A stretch of 63,885 bases of DNA, counting the filler, from Octopus bimaculoides (taxonomy: Eukaryota): NCBI RefSeq assembly GCF_001194135.2. It is 6 parts of 6 records of this genome, joined end to end, with 100 filler letters (N's around TTAATTAATTAA, not from the genome) between each part and the next. Parts side by side here need not be neighbours in the genome. Positions count along the whole stretch, not along the records: positions 1 to 20,117 come from NC_068991.1; positions 20,218 to 29,994 come from NC_068985.1; 4 more parts are not named here. One strand, written 5' to 3'. The translations under genes were made by a program, and so were the position numbers. Shown piece by piece: positions 13,725-28,477 of this stretch (position 1 is its first letter; each line of letters starts with the position of its first letter). A model generated the notes under the pieces. That model did not search any database. It saw only the letters and a list, made by a program, of their open reading frames with translations, and was not told where the DNA came from.

Positions 13725-13945
13725 ATCCTTACTTCTAGAGGCACAAGGCCCGAAATTTTGGGGTCGCATGCTAGTCGATTTCATCGACTCCAGTACTTGA
13801 TTGGTTTTTATTTCATCGATCCCGATAAGATGAAAGGCAAAGTCAACTTCGGCATCATTTGAACTCAGAAAGAAAACAGTCGGAAGAAATGGCACTAAGC
13901 ATTTAGTCTTATCCGCTAACGATTCTGCCATCTCACTGCCTTCTT
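13725..13945 (-). mobile_element. SINE family C (tail type 2)
   Basis: Tail GCACAAGGCCCGAAATTTT plus core ATCGATCCCGATAAGATGAAAGGCAAAGTC. Further copies at about 17640-18005 (+), 26945-27160 (-) and 56760-56945 (+). Confidence 0.8.
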
Positions 13946-14400
13946 TCACACTTTTATTTAATAAGAATATAGTTCAGATGGTCAAGTAACTGGTATAATC
14001 GTCACTGAGCCCGACGAAGATCCGTTTCTTATACGTGTACGCGTGTGTGAGAATGTATGTGTGCGTCTGTAAGAAAGTGTAATGTGTATGTCAGATTGTA
14101 TCTCTTGTGTATTCTCACGTGTATGATTGTATTTTCGTGTAGGCAATTGAATTACTACTTATTTGTGTGTCTATATGTATGCGCAATTTCGTGAGTATGG
14201 TTTATAGAGTTGTATCAAATCCAGTATGTGTGTGCATTAATGTGTATGTGTGTGCGTGTATCAAAACAGTGTCTAAAAATTGACATGCGCATTCGATAGC
14301 CTCACAGAAATCATAGCCTATGTATGTATGCAATATATATATATATATTATATATATACACACACATACACACATGTATATAAACACATATATATGCATG

Positions 14401-14465
<65 letters not shown>

Positions 14466-14676
14466 ATGTATATAAAAAGATGGTTTCGGTTCGTTGGTTT
14501 CTTTAAAAAATCGTTGTTGGAAAATGCGCATGCTCATTCGATTGTCTCTGAGAGTGGTTAAAATATTGAGCTTATGATCTATATGTTTGTAAAACACACA
14601 CACACAAACACATACACATAGACGCGTACAGACACACACACACACACACATGTATAGATATATAAATGTGTGTGTG

Positions 14677-14741
<65 letters not shown>

Positions 14742-15193
14742 CTGTGTATACATGTCTGTCTACAATCTGACTGGTATTCATTCATTCTGAGAAATTTATC
14801 ACTCTCGCATGCATCATTGTACACATGTTGCTGTAGACTGGGGGAGAGAGGAGGAGGAGAAGAGTTATAAACTCCCCACGAAAAACATACACAGAGAGGG
14901 CGGCGGCGGAGAAAAGTAAACAGAACAATGGTTTTATAGAAAAACAAAAGAGAGTGGGGAAGTAGGTAGGAGACGGGAGTTTTNNNNNNNNNNNNNNNNN
15001 NNNNNNNNNNNNNNNNNNNNNNNNNNNNNNNNNNNNNNNNNNNNNNNNNNNNNNNNNNNNNNNNNNNNNNNNNNNNNNNNNNNNNNNNNNNNNNNNNNNN
15101 NNNNNNNNNNNNNNNNNNNNNNNNNNNNNNNNNNNNNNNNNNNNNNNNNNNNNNNNNNNNNNNNNNNNNNNNNNNNNNNNNNNNNNNNNNNNN

Positions 15194-15252
<59 letters not shown>

Positions 15253-15308
15253 GTAGGTCGGTAGGTACGTACGTACGTATGTACGTACGTAGAGAGAGAC
15301 AGAGACAG

Positions 15309-15367
<59 letters not shown>

Positions 15368-15421
15368 GACAGAGACAGAGACAGACAGACAGACAGATGT
15401 GTGGGTAGGTAGGTAGGTAGG

Positions 15422-15472
<51 letters not shown>

Positions 15473-15497
15473 GTACGTAGTACGTAGATAGATAGAT

Positions 15498-15536
<39 letters not shown>

Positions 15537-15542
15537 TGGGTG

Positions 15543-15580
<38 letters not shown>

Positions 15581-15600
15581 CAGATAGATAGATAGACAGA
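15194..15600. repeat. Compound (GATA)n/(GACA)n/(GGTA)n microsatellite
   Basis: Direct repeats. This tract is the source of the spurious 402-aa ORF. Confidence 0.95.
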
Positions 15601-16804
15601 CACTAGGTGATGAGAGAGCATGTAAGAAACGTACATAGAAAGAGAGTAAAAGAATTAGGAAGATGGAGTTGACTCCGGAGTACATTAAAAAAAAGTATAT
15701 ATAATAATAAACAAGCAAAAATTTAAATAAGTATATTAAAAAATTGTATAGAATATATGACTTTGCAAAAACTGGTTTGATAGACAATTATAATAAATCA
15801 CAGCTTTAAAAATATTTTTTATTGAAGCTAACTGGTATTGTAATATTGACTTTTTTTTAATTTGCTCAACCTACCGCATCCAAGTTTAAGGGCGCATAAA
15901 TGGACCTGTGGTTAAGAAATTCACTTCACTTGTACGTAATTTCCAGGTTCAAATCATACTTTCCGAAACTATTGTCTTCTACAATAGCTTCGTGTCGACC
16001 AAAACCTTGTCGATGAAATTTAGTAGATTCAAGTGCGTGGAAGTTTGTTGGAATATATAGCAAATCACTGCCTAGGAATCGAACTCGAATCACTGAGTTC
16101 AGACGTAAAAGTAAGAAAACAACAAACTTCACACAAACTTTTGTTTCTTCTGTGAACCACCCAAAATATTCTACCATCATATCTGCTAAACCCCACCGTT
16201 TTAGGATTAGCCGTTCCTGTTCTGTAGTGGGCTTCATCTGTGACGTGGCTTATCTTTATCACTTGGTCCTTAAGGGTACAATTCACTCAGTTACAGTAAC
16301 ATGGCTAGACGGGAGTGAGGGATTGGTCCGAGGCGGTCCGGACCAAAGCGACGCTTTTATGGATGGCACTTTTAAGTCTGCTGAAATACCCTCCCGTAAC
16401 CTAGCGGCTTCGGCCAAAGAGACCGATAGAATAAGTACCAGACAAGAAATAAATGCTGGGGTCGATTTATTCGACTAAAACCGTTCAAGGCGATAGCCCA
16501 GTATGGCCACAGTCTAATAACTGAAACAAGTAAAAAATAAAAGTGATGTTTGGAGGAGAGAGTGATAGTCTTGATAGAATACCGGAGCCAGTGTCTGGCT
16601 GAATATATTCCATTCTCCTGTATTCTATATTCCAATAATGGCGCCGAAAACGACAGAGTCTCTGCTTTGCCTTTCATGTCCTTTGGACTGATGTAAATAA
16701 GCGCCAACTATGTATTGAGGTCAATCAACTGCACAGATAGATTCTTTGTACATTTAATGGTTTGTATTGAAATTATAAGACATTATTAATGCAGAAGACG
16801 TCAC

Positions 16805-17005
16805 ATTTCAGCTTCCACATGTTGGGGAGTGTGATTATGGTTCTCTTATTGACGCACCTAAAAGATGTAGTATGGCCGGAATAACGCTGCTTGAATTTGC
16901 CCTTCACCAAGCCTATGTTGTTCTTCAGCTCAGATGGTTGGCGTAACTTGGTGTGGCCTGGCGTGGTAGAAGTTACTTGTGCTCCATACGCGATCGTCTC
17001 TGTTA
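16805..17005 (-). mobile_element. Penelope-like GIY-YIG endonuclease relic
   Basis: Minus strand: TETIAYGAQVT...NNIGLVKGKFKQRYSGHTTSFR...MWKLK, matching the PLE pattern VY.A.VT...YIG....FK.RY..H..SF....WKLK. Confidence 0.55.
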
Positions 17006-19526
17006 ATCATGTGATCTTGTGCTTGCATTTCTGCAGGAACGTCTGGATTCAGATGATTAAACAGATTAAGGGTTTTAGATGTGAAGCACAGCATGTGTTC
17101 ATATTTAAGACAATTTACCGTATTTTATCGAACCCAGAAGTATAGAAACAAATATGACTGCAATGGGATTTAAACTCACAACTTAAGAGTGTAACTCAGT
17201 ATCGGAAGTTATTTTATCCAATTATTTCACGATTGCGACACTCCATCGACGTCTTTTCTTTTTAAAGAAACACTGGTTCCTAATGTTGGCTTCAAATGTT
17301 GGGACAAAGCCAGCAATTTTGAAGAAGTGGTTAAGTCTATTCAAATGGACCCTCCCCCATTGCTCAACTAGTACCTATTTCATCAACTCATTTTTGCCAG
17401 CTGAGTGGACTGAAGCAACGTGTAATAAGATGTCCTGCTCAAAGAACAACGCGCTGCCGCGAATTGAACTCACGACCTTACGATCGTAAGCCAAATACAC
17501 CTAACCACTAAGCTACGACTCATTCACTGCCAGCCAAGTACTGGGGTTGATGTAATCTCCACTACCCACTCCTCTACTCATAATTGCTGGCGTTGATCCT
17601 TGTTACGGAGTGGCGTTCCATTCTGTTACTTATGCACCGTGAAAACGGGGTAAGGCTTAAGTGAATGCTTAGCGGCATTTTGTCTGTCTTTACGTTCTGA
17701 GTTCAAATTCCGGCGAGGTCGACTTTGCATTTCGTTCTCTTGGGGTTGACATAATCGGTTTATCCCTTTCTCCGAAACTGCTGGCCTTATGCCAATATTT
17801 AAAACCAATATCGATGGCTTTGTAAGGTGACCACCTGGCAGAATCGTTAGCACGCGGTGCAAAATGCCTAGTAGCATTTCGCCCGACTTTACGTTCTGAG
17901 TTCAAATACTCACGAGGTCCACTTTCTCTTTCAACCTTTCAAGGTTGATCAAATAATTGAGCACTGGGGTTGATGTAACTAACTTCACCCCACCCATGCT
18001 AAAATTTGAAATCAGTATTAACGACTGTAAAAAAAGTACGAATGCCCGTAACTTCATTCCTTGGTACAGGTGAACGCTACAGGGTAACCAAACACCAGTA
18101 CGATTTCGATTCTTGTTTTCAATCCTTTTTATGTTCATCTATATAACGTTTCCTACGTAAAGTTCTCCTCACATATTCTCTATTGTCAAACATTGTTATT
18201 TCCTTTCCCTTGTATTTTATCTCATTTCTTCTCTCCCACCTTTTTTTTTTTCACCCTTCGTTATTTTTTCGTCGTCATTCTATCCTCTAACTTCATGCGG
18301 AAACAGCGAAGAGGCTTCTGTCATTTCATGATCTGTTAGAAATAGCAACCAATTCTTCCTCGTGTTATATCATAAAGTCTTGGTAAGAGAAGGATTTAGA
18401 TAATAGTAATATTTGATACTCATTAATGGACAAAAGAATCAGATTGGCCTGGATGGAACGCAATTGATCGTAGAATGTGTTCAGCAGAAGCTGATCTGAC
18501 GTTAACTAATAACAGTCACATCAAATTTCTTCTTTCGTCTAATCCTCATTCATTTGCCGTTTTCTTCAGCTGCTACTATTATTCTCTCATTTTCACGGCA
18601 TCTTCTTCTTCTTCCTTTTTTCTGTTCTACTTCTTTCTTTTTTTCCTTTTTCCTTCCTTTTGCCTTCTTAATCTTTTTCTTCTACTTCCCTCTCATTTTC
18701 TCTTCTTTCTCTTTTCTTTTTCTTACTCTTTCTCTTTTTCTTTTCCTTTTCTTTTCTTAATCTGCCTTTTCTTCCTTCTTCTGCTTTCTTACTTCCTATT
18801 TTTTTCTTTCCTTGTTTCTCCTTCTTTCTCCATCTTTTTCCTTTCTTTTTCTTTCTTCTCATTCCTCCTCTTTTTTCTTCTTTCTACCTCCTCCTGTTTC
18901 TTTTNNNNNNNNNNNNNNNNNNNNNNNNNNNNNNNNNNNNNNNNNNNNNNNNNNNNNNNNNNNNNNNNNNNNNNNNNNNNNNNNNNNNNNNNNNNNNNNN
19001 NNNNNNNNNNNNNNNNNNNNNNNNNNNNNNNNNNNNNNNNNNNNNNNNNNNNNNNNNNNNNNNNNNNNNNNNNNNNNNNNNNNNNNNNNNNNNNNNNNNN
19101 NNNNNNNNNNNNNNNNNNNNNNNNNNNNNNNNNNNNNNNNNNNNNNNNNNNNNNNNNNNNNNNNNNNNNNNNNNNNNNNNNNNNNNNNNNNNNNNNNNNN
19201 NNNNNNNNNNNNNNNNNNNNNNNNNNNNNNNNNNNNNNNNNNNNNNNNNNNNNNNNNNNNNNNNNNNNNNNNNNNNNNNNNNNNNNNNNNNNNNNNNNNN
19301 NNNNNNNNNNNNNNNNNNNNNNNNNNNNNNNNNNNNNNNNNNNNNNNNNNNNNNNNNNNNNNNNNNNNNNNNNNNNNNNNNNNNNNNNNNNNNNNNNNNN
19401 NNNNNNNNNNNNNNNNNNNNNNNNNNNNNNNNNNNNNNNNNNNNNNNNNNNNNNNNNNNNNNNNNNNNNNNNNNNNNNNNNNNNNNNNNNNNNNNNNNNN
19501 NNNNNNNNNNNNNNNNNNNNNNNNNN

Positions 19527-19561
<35 letters not shown>

Positions 19562-19579
19562 ATGTATATGTATGCCTCC

Positions 19580-19610
<31 letters not shown>

Positions 19611-19623
19611 TACATATACAAAT

Positions 19624-19655
<32 letters not shown>

Positions 19656-19998
19656 GTAGATAGATAGATGTAGTCAATATTTAATATTAACTATATTATT
19701 ATAAAATATATTATATATATAACATGTGTGTGTTGTCTGTGCATATATTCTTATGTATGCATACATAAATACATACATGTATATATATATATGTGTGTGT
19801 ATGTATGTATGTATGTATGTATGCATGTATTCTTCTCATACACGCGCACACACATACTTATTTACATTTATTGATATATGCTTTCATAAATGTATATATG
19901 CGTGCGTGTGTATCCGTCTATACATATGTGCACACACACAAACACACACACACATACACATACATGTATCTACATATAGCTGTGTATATGTGTGTATT

Positions 19999-20029
<31 letters not shown>

Positions 20030-20117
20030 GCATGAGTGTTTGTATGTATGTACGTATGTATGTGTACACTTTTTTTTCTTTTTGCATTTTCTCGGCCTAA
20101 ACCTTTCTGTTGTTTTC

Positions 20118-20217
20118 NNNNNNNNNNNNNNNNNNNNNNNNNNNNNNNNNNNNNNNNNNNNTTAATTAATTAANNNNNNNNNNNNNNNNNNNNNNNNNNN
20201 NNNNNNNNNNNNNNNNN
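20118..20217. other. Artificial scaffold-join spacer 44N-TTAATTAATTAA-44N
   Basis: Identical 100-nt construct at 20118, 29995, 41729, 54798 and 62327. The 12-mer gives stops in all six frames. Confidence 0.95.
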
Positions 20218-20251
<34 letters not shown>

Positions 20252-20898
20252 AGTATGAGTATGTATGAGTATGTATGCAAGCACAAGCATATAAAAGACA
20301 CACATATGAACACAGGGAAGATGGAGAGAAAGCGGGAGAAAGAGAGAAAGAGAGAAGAATAGGAGAAGTCGAATTTACAAAGCTTATGAACTTTTTTGAC
20401 TACTAAGCGGTATGTAAATGTAATAATATGCAATTTGGTCTGTTTTGTTTTCGCTCATTAATTACGTTATTCTAAATATATATTAAGTTAAATCTCCCTA
20501 AACATGGTTTACGAATGATATTAGTTGATTATAGCATTGACAAACTTTCTTGATGTAAATAATTTAATAACTCTCCGTTTACTTTATGAGCAGAACAAAA
20601 ATAAAAGAATGAAGCAACCGAAAGAGTTATCTTATCTGGATTAAAGAGATCGCAGATGAATATTTCTCACAGAACTATGTTCCTACACGGAGATGCCTCA
20701 TACATTAGGTGAACTCCCATGTACACTCCCACGACCGGTTCTCTAAATAAGGTCCACCAGCACAATTTCAATTAAAACTTATTATAGAACATAAGATTAT
20801 AGAATATGAGATATCAACCAAGACTCCATGGATTTTAATCTTTTCACTCCTTGGTTCTGATGCAAAATCCTAAGACACTGGAGCATAATGCACCTACG

Positions 20899-20942
<44 letters not shown>

Positions 20943-22326
20943 NNNNNNNNNNNNNNNNNNNNNNNNNNNNNNNNNNNNNNNNNNNNNNNNNNNNNNNNNN
21001 NNNNNNNNNNNNNNNNNNNNNNNNNNNNNNNNNNNNNNNNNNNNNNNNNNNNNNNNNNNNNNNNNNNNNNNNNNNNNNNNNNNNNNNNNNNNNNNNNNNN
21101 NNNNNNNNNNNNNNNNNNNNNNNNNNNNNNNNNNNNNNNNNNNNNNNNNNNNNNNNNNNNNNNNNNNNNNNNNNNNNNNNNNNNNNNNNTACATATATAC
21201 AAACATACATATACATATACATATATTTGTACACATATTCTGTCAGTTAAACCGACAAGGGAATCCATATCATTCGATCACCGTTACATTCCGCTCGTTA
21301 AATTAACGTACGAGTATCTAAGAATTCCAGACAAGCATAAACTTCACATAACTCTCAGGAAGATCCAGCGTGGCACAGGGTGCAACAAGGCTACTACTTT
21401 GAACTATAGGTGGAACACGTTTTTGCCAGGTGTTACTTGGGTAACGTGAAATAAGGTATTCCGATCAAGAACTCAAGGCTTCACACGGAATCGTACTCAC
21501 GACCTTATGATCGTGTGCTGAACACCGGAACCACTAAGCCAAGCTCCTTCACGCATTAGTACATATGTACTTATCCGGTTTAAGAAATTAAGACGGTATT
21601 AAATTGAAACAATCGATTAGGTTTCATAATAATTGTATAGTGTTGATTGACCAGTTATTACGGTGTTCATTCTGACATGTTATGAAGGTTCCGTGTCAAA
21701 AACAATAACATATAACAATGTGGAATGGAAAGTCCTTCCAAAAGCAGGCAATGGAAATACCACATATATTTCGGTCTTTTGGGTCAATGTTACTGACATG
21801 TATTCACGTCCATCTACAAACATAAAAAAAAAGTATTCGTCAGATTAAATACAGGAAATAGCAAATCAAACACTGATGTTGCAAAAAAAATCGGATAGAA
21901 TAGAAATCAGATATACACAATAGAAGGAGTATTAAGTTATAGTATACAGCTATGTATCATGTCTAATGTATAGACACAGTTGATATGCCAGTTCCTGTGG
22001 TATTCATCCTGAAATAACATCTCTTGAGGATGTGATGAGTAAAAAATTGAGGAAATGTCGGTGGGAGAAGGAAACATTCCAGTAGCTACCATGATGTATC
22101 CTAGATGTATTTCCAGATTTTTAGGACTCATGTATGGCTCCAAAAGTCTGAAATGCATCTGCTGTCATATGATCCATTCTTGCATGACGTCTCTTGTCAT
22201 ATCGGTATTTATTGTATTTATCAACGGGGTTTGTATTTTAAGTACGATGTCTTCGTTGCTCTCTGTTTCTCTCTGTGTCTCTCTCTCTTTCAATTCTATA
22301 TCCATAAATATAAATGTGTGTCTATA

Positions 22327-22359
<33 letters not shown>

Positions 22360-22394
22360 TCCGTACTGCAAATAGGAAATATAAAACAGAAAAT

Positions 22395-22425
22395 CTGAAG
22401 AAGAGCATTGCTCGAAACGTAAAAC
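22395..22425 (+). ncRNA. Hammerhead core, second copy of the 3171 family, stem I 5' strand lost
   Basis: CTGAAGAAGAGCATTGCTCGAAACGTAAAAC. The downstream about 80 nt resemble the 3205-3280 flank. Confidence 0.45.
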
Positions 22426-22839
22426 TAATTTACTTCCCTTCCTTGAGCGTCGGCTAATTCTTTGCATGTAGCACGCCCTCTCGTTGTTTTTTCTTCGATT
22501 TTGAGGTATTAATATATATTCATATATATANNNNNNNNNNNNNNNNNNNNNNNNNNNNNNNNNNNNNNNNNNNNNNNNNNNNNNNNNNNNNNNNNNNNNN
22601 NNNNNNNNNNNNNNNNNNNNNNNNNNNNNNNNNNNNNNNNNNNNNNNNNNNNNNNNNNNNNNNNNNNNNNNNNNNNNNNNNNNNNNNNNNNNNNNNNNNN
22701 NNNNNNNNNNNNNNNNNNNNNNNNNNNNNNNNNNNNNNNNNNNNNNNNNNNNNNNNNNNNNNNNNNNNNNNNNNNNNNNNNNNNNNNNNNNNNNNNNNNN
22801 NNNNNNNNNNNNNNNNNNNNNNNNNNNNNNNNNNNNNNN

Positions 22840-22922
<83 letters not shown>

Positions 22923-23219
22923 TATACAGACACATACACATTCAGTTCGCTTCGTGTCATGCTGGTTGAAAGACACTGCACGAAGTTGTACAAGATATTA
23001 TGCCCGGATGCGTATGGAAGCGCCCATATTGTGTGCAATAGAAACATGCGTAGGTGGTCTTAACCACTAAAATATGCTTTATGACATTGTAAAATTCTCA
23101 ATACTTATAATCATTGCTTAATTATACAGAGAGATAGACAAAGAGATACAGGGAGAGAGATAAAGTGAGAGAGATAAAGTGAGAGAGAGAGAGAGAGTGA
23201 CAGTGAGAGACAGACTGCC

Positions 23220-23250
<31 letters not shown>

Positions 23251-23644
23251 TAAGGACATACTCGTTTATATCCAATTCAAATTAATACAGGTTTTGTGAT
23301 TTGCTCAAATAAAAATCCAATTTCATGCCATAAATCGGAAACAATCTCCCTACCTAAAACAGTTACGTTTAAAAATTTATCAGAATATCCTTTAATGTAA
23401 GAGGATCAAACTCTTATAATGGTGTTATTTGGTGATTAATTCCCATAATCATTTGCAAATAATAATTATTGATTGGCTTATCAGAAATAATACAAAATAG
23501 GCCTTATCACACACATATATCTATTTTCACATTATGATTCGTAGTCCCATGCACTTCCACACACCTATTCCATAGCGTTTCAACATGTTCCCTCTCTGAA
23601 AATATACAGGTGTGTGTGTGTGTGTGTGTGCTTCTGTGAGCATG

Positions 23645-23995
23645 TACGTATATAGTCTTTTACTCGTCTCAGTCATTTCATTGCGGCCATGCTGGAGCAC
23701 CACTTTTAGTCGAACAAATCGAACCCAGGACTTATTCTGTGTAAGCATAGTACTTATTCTATCGGTCTCTTTAGCCGATCCATTAGTTTATGGGGACGTA
23801 AACACACCAACATCGGTTATCAAACGAGGGTAGGGGAACAAATACAGAAACACAAATACACATACATACACATATAAATATATCCCACGGGCTTCTTTCA
23901 GTTTTTTTTTTCTGCCAAATCCACTCACAAGGCTTTGGTCGGCCCGAGGCCATATTATAAGACACTTTCCCAAGGTGTCACGCAGTTGAACTGAA
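23645..23995 (-). mobile_element. SINE A+B composite with truncated head
   Basis: Reverse-complement match to the 48892 copy. Confidence 0.8.
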
Positions 23996-25254
23996 AGCAG
24001 CACCGTGCATATCTCTATGTACTTATCTGAAAACTCACACACACACACACATTCATACATAGATACATGTAGACATATACATACACAAAATATAAAATCT
24101 CTTCGCTTGTGGATGAAACTGGCATCATGAAATCCATTATCACAGAGCAACACGGTCTAAATAAAATAATACGAATTTAATATTCTCCCCCAAAGAACAT
24201 GCATCTTACAGAATATTTCCTGTAGCTTATAGCTTGTTTCTCTTGCAGTTTAATCTCCTATACATTAGATTTTTGTCTGGGTTCTGCAGTAAACACTTTT
24301 CAGATCCTAAGATTTTTAAACTGAAATATTTTCTTAGACAAATCTCACCTACTCCGATATAAAATGCATTTAACGATTACATTATTCATCCGTCCCACCC
24401 TTGAATTCATTTTGGCGAGCGAATTGTGGGAACCCTGTCCCCAAGCGCCATTATAGGGTTCTATAGAAGCAAACTTCATTACATTTTCCGCCCGAATTCT
24501 CAAACGTAGCAGATTCAGGTTATGAATACTATCCGATCATATCATTCTTGATCTATTCCAACGTCTCAAGCTGGTCGGCTTGGCCTGAAGAATGGGATAT
24601 TCGTGTGATTCTTTTCTGCGATATTCTAATCACATATCTGCAGTATCGGACTTTTCGTTTAGTCTTATAAGTCACCGAATAATAAGTTCTTTCTAGAGAT
24701 AAAATCTCCTGTTCAATTCATAAAATTAGCGATATCTGACGAAAATTGTAGTTAACTGTATCTGAGGGAAATGGAAGCTTTCTGGTTGACAACACTTACT
24801 TAGAAATAATGAATTGTTCGCTGGGCTGAATATGATAATAATTAATCTAAAAACGCAAATGAGTCTGTCTGACATCGATTTGTAGCTGTTCAAATGACAT
24901 TTCGTGAATTACCCCACTTCTTTATTTACTGGTCAATAAATAAGAATTGAAAGAGATTTATCGGTATAAATTGATCAGCACAAATGAATTGTAAACTATA
25001 TACAATACTTAGACTTATAAAAGATAATTAAGTTTCTTGCTGATATTTATGTATAAAAACAGTGCGGCAAAGAGCAATATATTAATAGTGATTTAAACCA
25101 AACAAATGAAGCTATATTTAGATTTAAATAGGATTCCATGCGCATCACACGCCTACGTTTTATTTCTATTACCGCTCGTTATTATCTTTGTTTAATTTTC
25201 TTTTTTCATTTTCACATTTGTTAACCTGTATGTTGATTTCAATACATACGCACA

Positions 25255-25295
<41 letters not shown>

Positions 25296-25873
25296 GACTT
25301 TACCAAAAATCAAAAGACCATGTCGGGTGTGTAAGCAAGACACGGATGTATTAGTTTAACGCTCGGGAAGTGAGAAGTTCTTTTTACATTTCGAGCCCAC
25401 GCTCTTCGACAGAAAGCAACACAGAAATAAACAAGGACACACGCACGCACGNNNNNNNNNNNNNNNNNNNNNNNNNNNNNNNNNNNNNNNNNNNNNNNNN
25501 NNNNNNNNNNNNNNNNNNNNNNNNNNNNNNNNNNNNNNNNNNNNNNNNNNNNNNNNNNNNNNNNNNNNNNNNNNNNNNNNNNNNNNNNNNNNNNNNNNNN
25601 NNNNNNNNNNNNNNNNNNNNNNNNNNNNNNNNNNNNNNNNNNNNNNNNNNNNNNNNNNNNNNNNNNNNNNNNNNNNNNNNNNNNNNNNNNNNNNNNNNNN
25701 NNNNNNNNNNNNNNNNNNNNNNNNNNNNNNNNNNNNNNNNNNNNNNNNNNNNNNNNNNNNNNNNNNNNNNNNNNNNNNNNNNNNNNNNNNNNNNNNNNNN
25801 NNNNNNNNNNNNNNNNNNNNNNNNNNNNNNNNNNNNNNNNNNNNNNNNNNNNNNNNNNNNNNNNNNNNNTATA

Positions 25874-25940
<67 letters not shown>

Positions 25941-26384
25941 CATACATACATACATACATATATACATACATATATACATACATGCAAGTTTATTACTTGG
26001 CTGGTAGTGATCACTGGCAACAGATTGAATTGCTAGCATAATGCTCTACATATTCAGAGTTAGACAAGGTTTAACTTTTCTCCTCTTTCCTAGCTCTTCT
26101 AATCTAACTACGCACATGCAAGGGTGTCTTCTGTTCAGACATGTTACTGCGTCGCAGGTTCTTCATGAGTTAAGCGATATGCCTGGAAATTATGCTACAC
26201 GAAACTATACGAAATATCAAAGAAGAAAGATAAGGATATCTTAATAGCAAATCGAAACTTAGGTTTTCATGTCTTCGTAAAATCCGTTTAGGGGCCTACC
26301 TATCGACAGCATCATTGCGCACCGGTCCCCCTCACTGGCATGAGGCCCCGCTTGCTAGATCAACTGTTTATTAAATAAAGCTCA

Positions 26385-26785
26385 ATGTTCTTCTGGCCTT
26401 CGCTCATCGTTTCTTTCTAACCAAATCTAGTGGCTAGCCTTCTCCACTGTATTTTGGATATCGGGTATGGTGGTATTTACTTTATGATGAGTTAAGTCTA
26501 ACGATAACAGCAGTCTCACACTGTGTCCAACAAACCCTCTACATTCGACTTCGACTGGAAAATGCTCGGTTTTCTAGCCTGCGTCTTCACATTCCTCGAG
26601 AAGGTTTAGATAATGGCCAATCTTTCGAGCCCGAACGCTGTCCGTGTTATCTTCATTAGGAACCGTCAACTCGACTAGATTCACTACGTTCATTCACACC
26701 ACTTTAAAATGTCCGTTTTTTTCGTAACTGGGATGGGAAAATGTTCCTTGTACCCTGGTTAATCTGCAGCCACCTCCCAATAGAC
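26385..26785 (-). mobile_element. HERO-like (R2 superfamily) non-LTR retrotransposon, restriction-like endonuclease C-terminus relic
   Basis: Minus strand: ...DILKWCE...NLVELTVPNEDNTDSVRARKIGHYLNLLEECEDAG*KTEHFPVEVECRGFVGHSVRLLL...VEKASH*IWLERN. This matches the PD...ELTVPWE...RK..KY...GW...PVEVGCRGF...AS.WIW signature. Confidence 0.75.
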
Positions 26786-28477
26786 GTTTGACTTTTCATC
26801 GCTCACAGGAAGTTTTCTTCTTCTTCTTGAAACGGATCTGCTGTCTTGAGCGCATGAAATATAAAAATAACTTTTTGCAGTTTATTGTAATTCGATTCAA
26901 AAAGACTTCCGCAAACCTTCGTCTCAGTAAACCACTATTCTTTTGTACTCTAGACACAAAGCCCGAAATTTTGCGTGGAGGGGGCCAGGCGATTATATTG
27001 ACCCCCACCCAGTACGCAGCTGTTACTTAGTTTATCGACCCCGAAAGGATGAAAGGCAATGTCGACCTCGAAGGAATTTGAACTCAGAACGTAAAGACAG
27101 ACGAAATACCGTTAAGCATTTTGCCTGGGGTGCTAACGATTTGCCAGCTCACCGCCTTCCCAATAAACTACTATTGTCCATGAAAGTTGTTTTTTATATA
27201 TAGATCTAATACGGATTGCCTGAAGCAAACTTTCTTCCTTCACCACGACCCCTGGATCTTACATATATATATACTGAAAATATGACGATATATATATATA
27301 TATAGTTATATTTATATTTAGCAGAAGCAACCGATTTACTGACTGTCTGACAATTTCCGTGCCGAAACGAAATTTCATTCTTTTTCGAAGCTTATAAATT
27401 TATTTTTATACAGGTTTATTCATTGCCATTTGAGCGAAAAATACTCCGCATATTTATGATTATATGTAGTCTAAATATTTATGTCAATATTCTTCTCTCA
27501 TTCACATATACTTATTTGTACAAATCATATTTCATTAATATACCAACCCACGTGTTTGGAGTATTAAGTCATAAAATTATCATTTTGTATCTCTACTATT
27601 AATTCTAGAAACTAGATCTGAAGATAGAGCAGCGTGCATCCTTGTTTTACAAAATTACTTTCCAAATTTTATATGCTTCAGAGACTGCTAATATCCAGTT
27701 TAGAGTAAGTACACTGCCTGCCATAACAGAAGCGGAGTTTACCTTCTGCACGCAAGCAGTAAATCAGCTAAGGCAATGATAATTTAATCTAGACACCTAT
27801 TCCCTTCATGAAATACCACTCAGGCATTTTTCTGGAACAGTGCACAGCTACACGCAATGTAGCCATGTCATACTTTTAAACATTGCACATTTTTCATATG
27901 GAAAATTAGTAAATTACAATGAAATTAAAGATGACACAGTTACTTTATCATATGTAATTTTGTTTATAATACACAAACGCGATGGGAAAAATACGTTTGT
28001 ATACGTGTGTTAATTTTATGCTACTAATTCCGTAATTACTCTTTGAGCAGCTGTAATGATGATTCTAATACTAAAAATACTAATTGCATTTCATATCTCA
28101 CTGAAAGTAAATTCACTTAATATCTCTAATTACTTTTTATATGGATATCGATATCCTAAGTCATGTTAATCAACGATGTTCTTTTCAGTAGACGATGTAT
28201 TTACTTAAAGGAATCAATATGAAAGACTGAGATTAATGTAAAGTTAGGAACTTTTACTTACGTTTCCTCATCTCTAGTGAAAAGAAGTACAACTGGGTTT
28301 TTAACGTATTGGTTACATTATGCAACAGCATTTTTGCAATATCTAAAATGTTACGAAAATTGTTTTGACATACACATGCAAAATGTATACAGGTTTAAAA
28401 AAAATTAATCGGTTAATGCATTAGCTGTCTTCTTATGCATAACATAAGCACGGTTAAAAGTTTGGTAGAAATGACTA

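Noticed and set aside
21660-22200. Coding-looking stretch (KTITYNNVEWKVLP..., IHPEITSLEDVMSKKLRK...)
   Set aside because: It has multiple stops and no family that I can name. It is probably an old TE relic.
27692-27714. Possible 23-nt microexon (ATGCTTCAG...A|GTAAGT)
   Set aside because: Splice-like motifs at this spacing are expected by chance in 64 kb, and there are no neighbouring exons.
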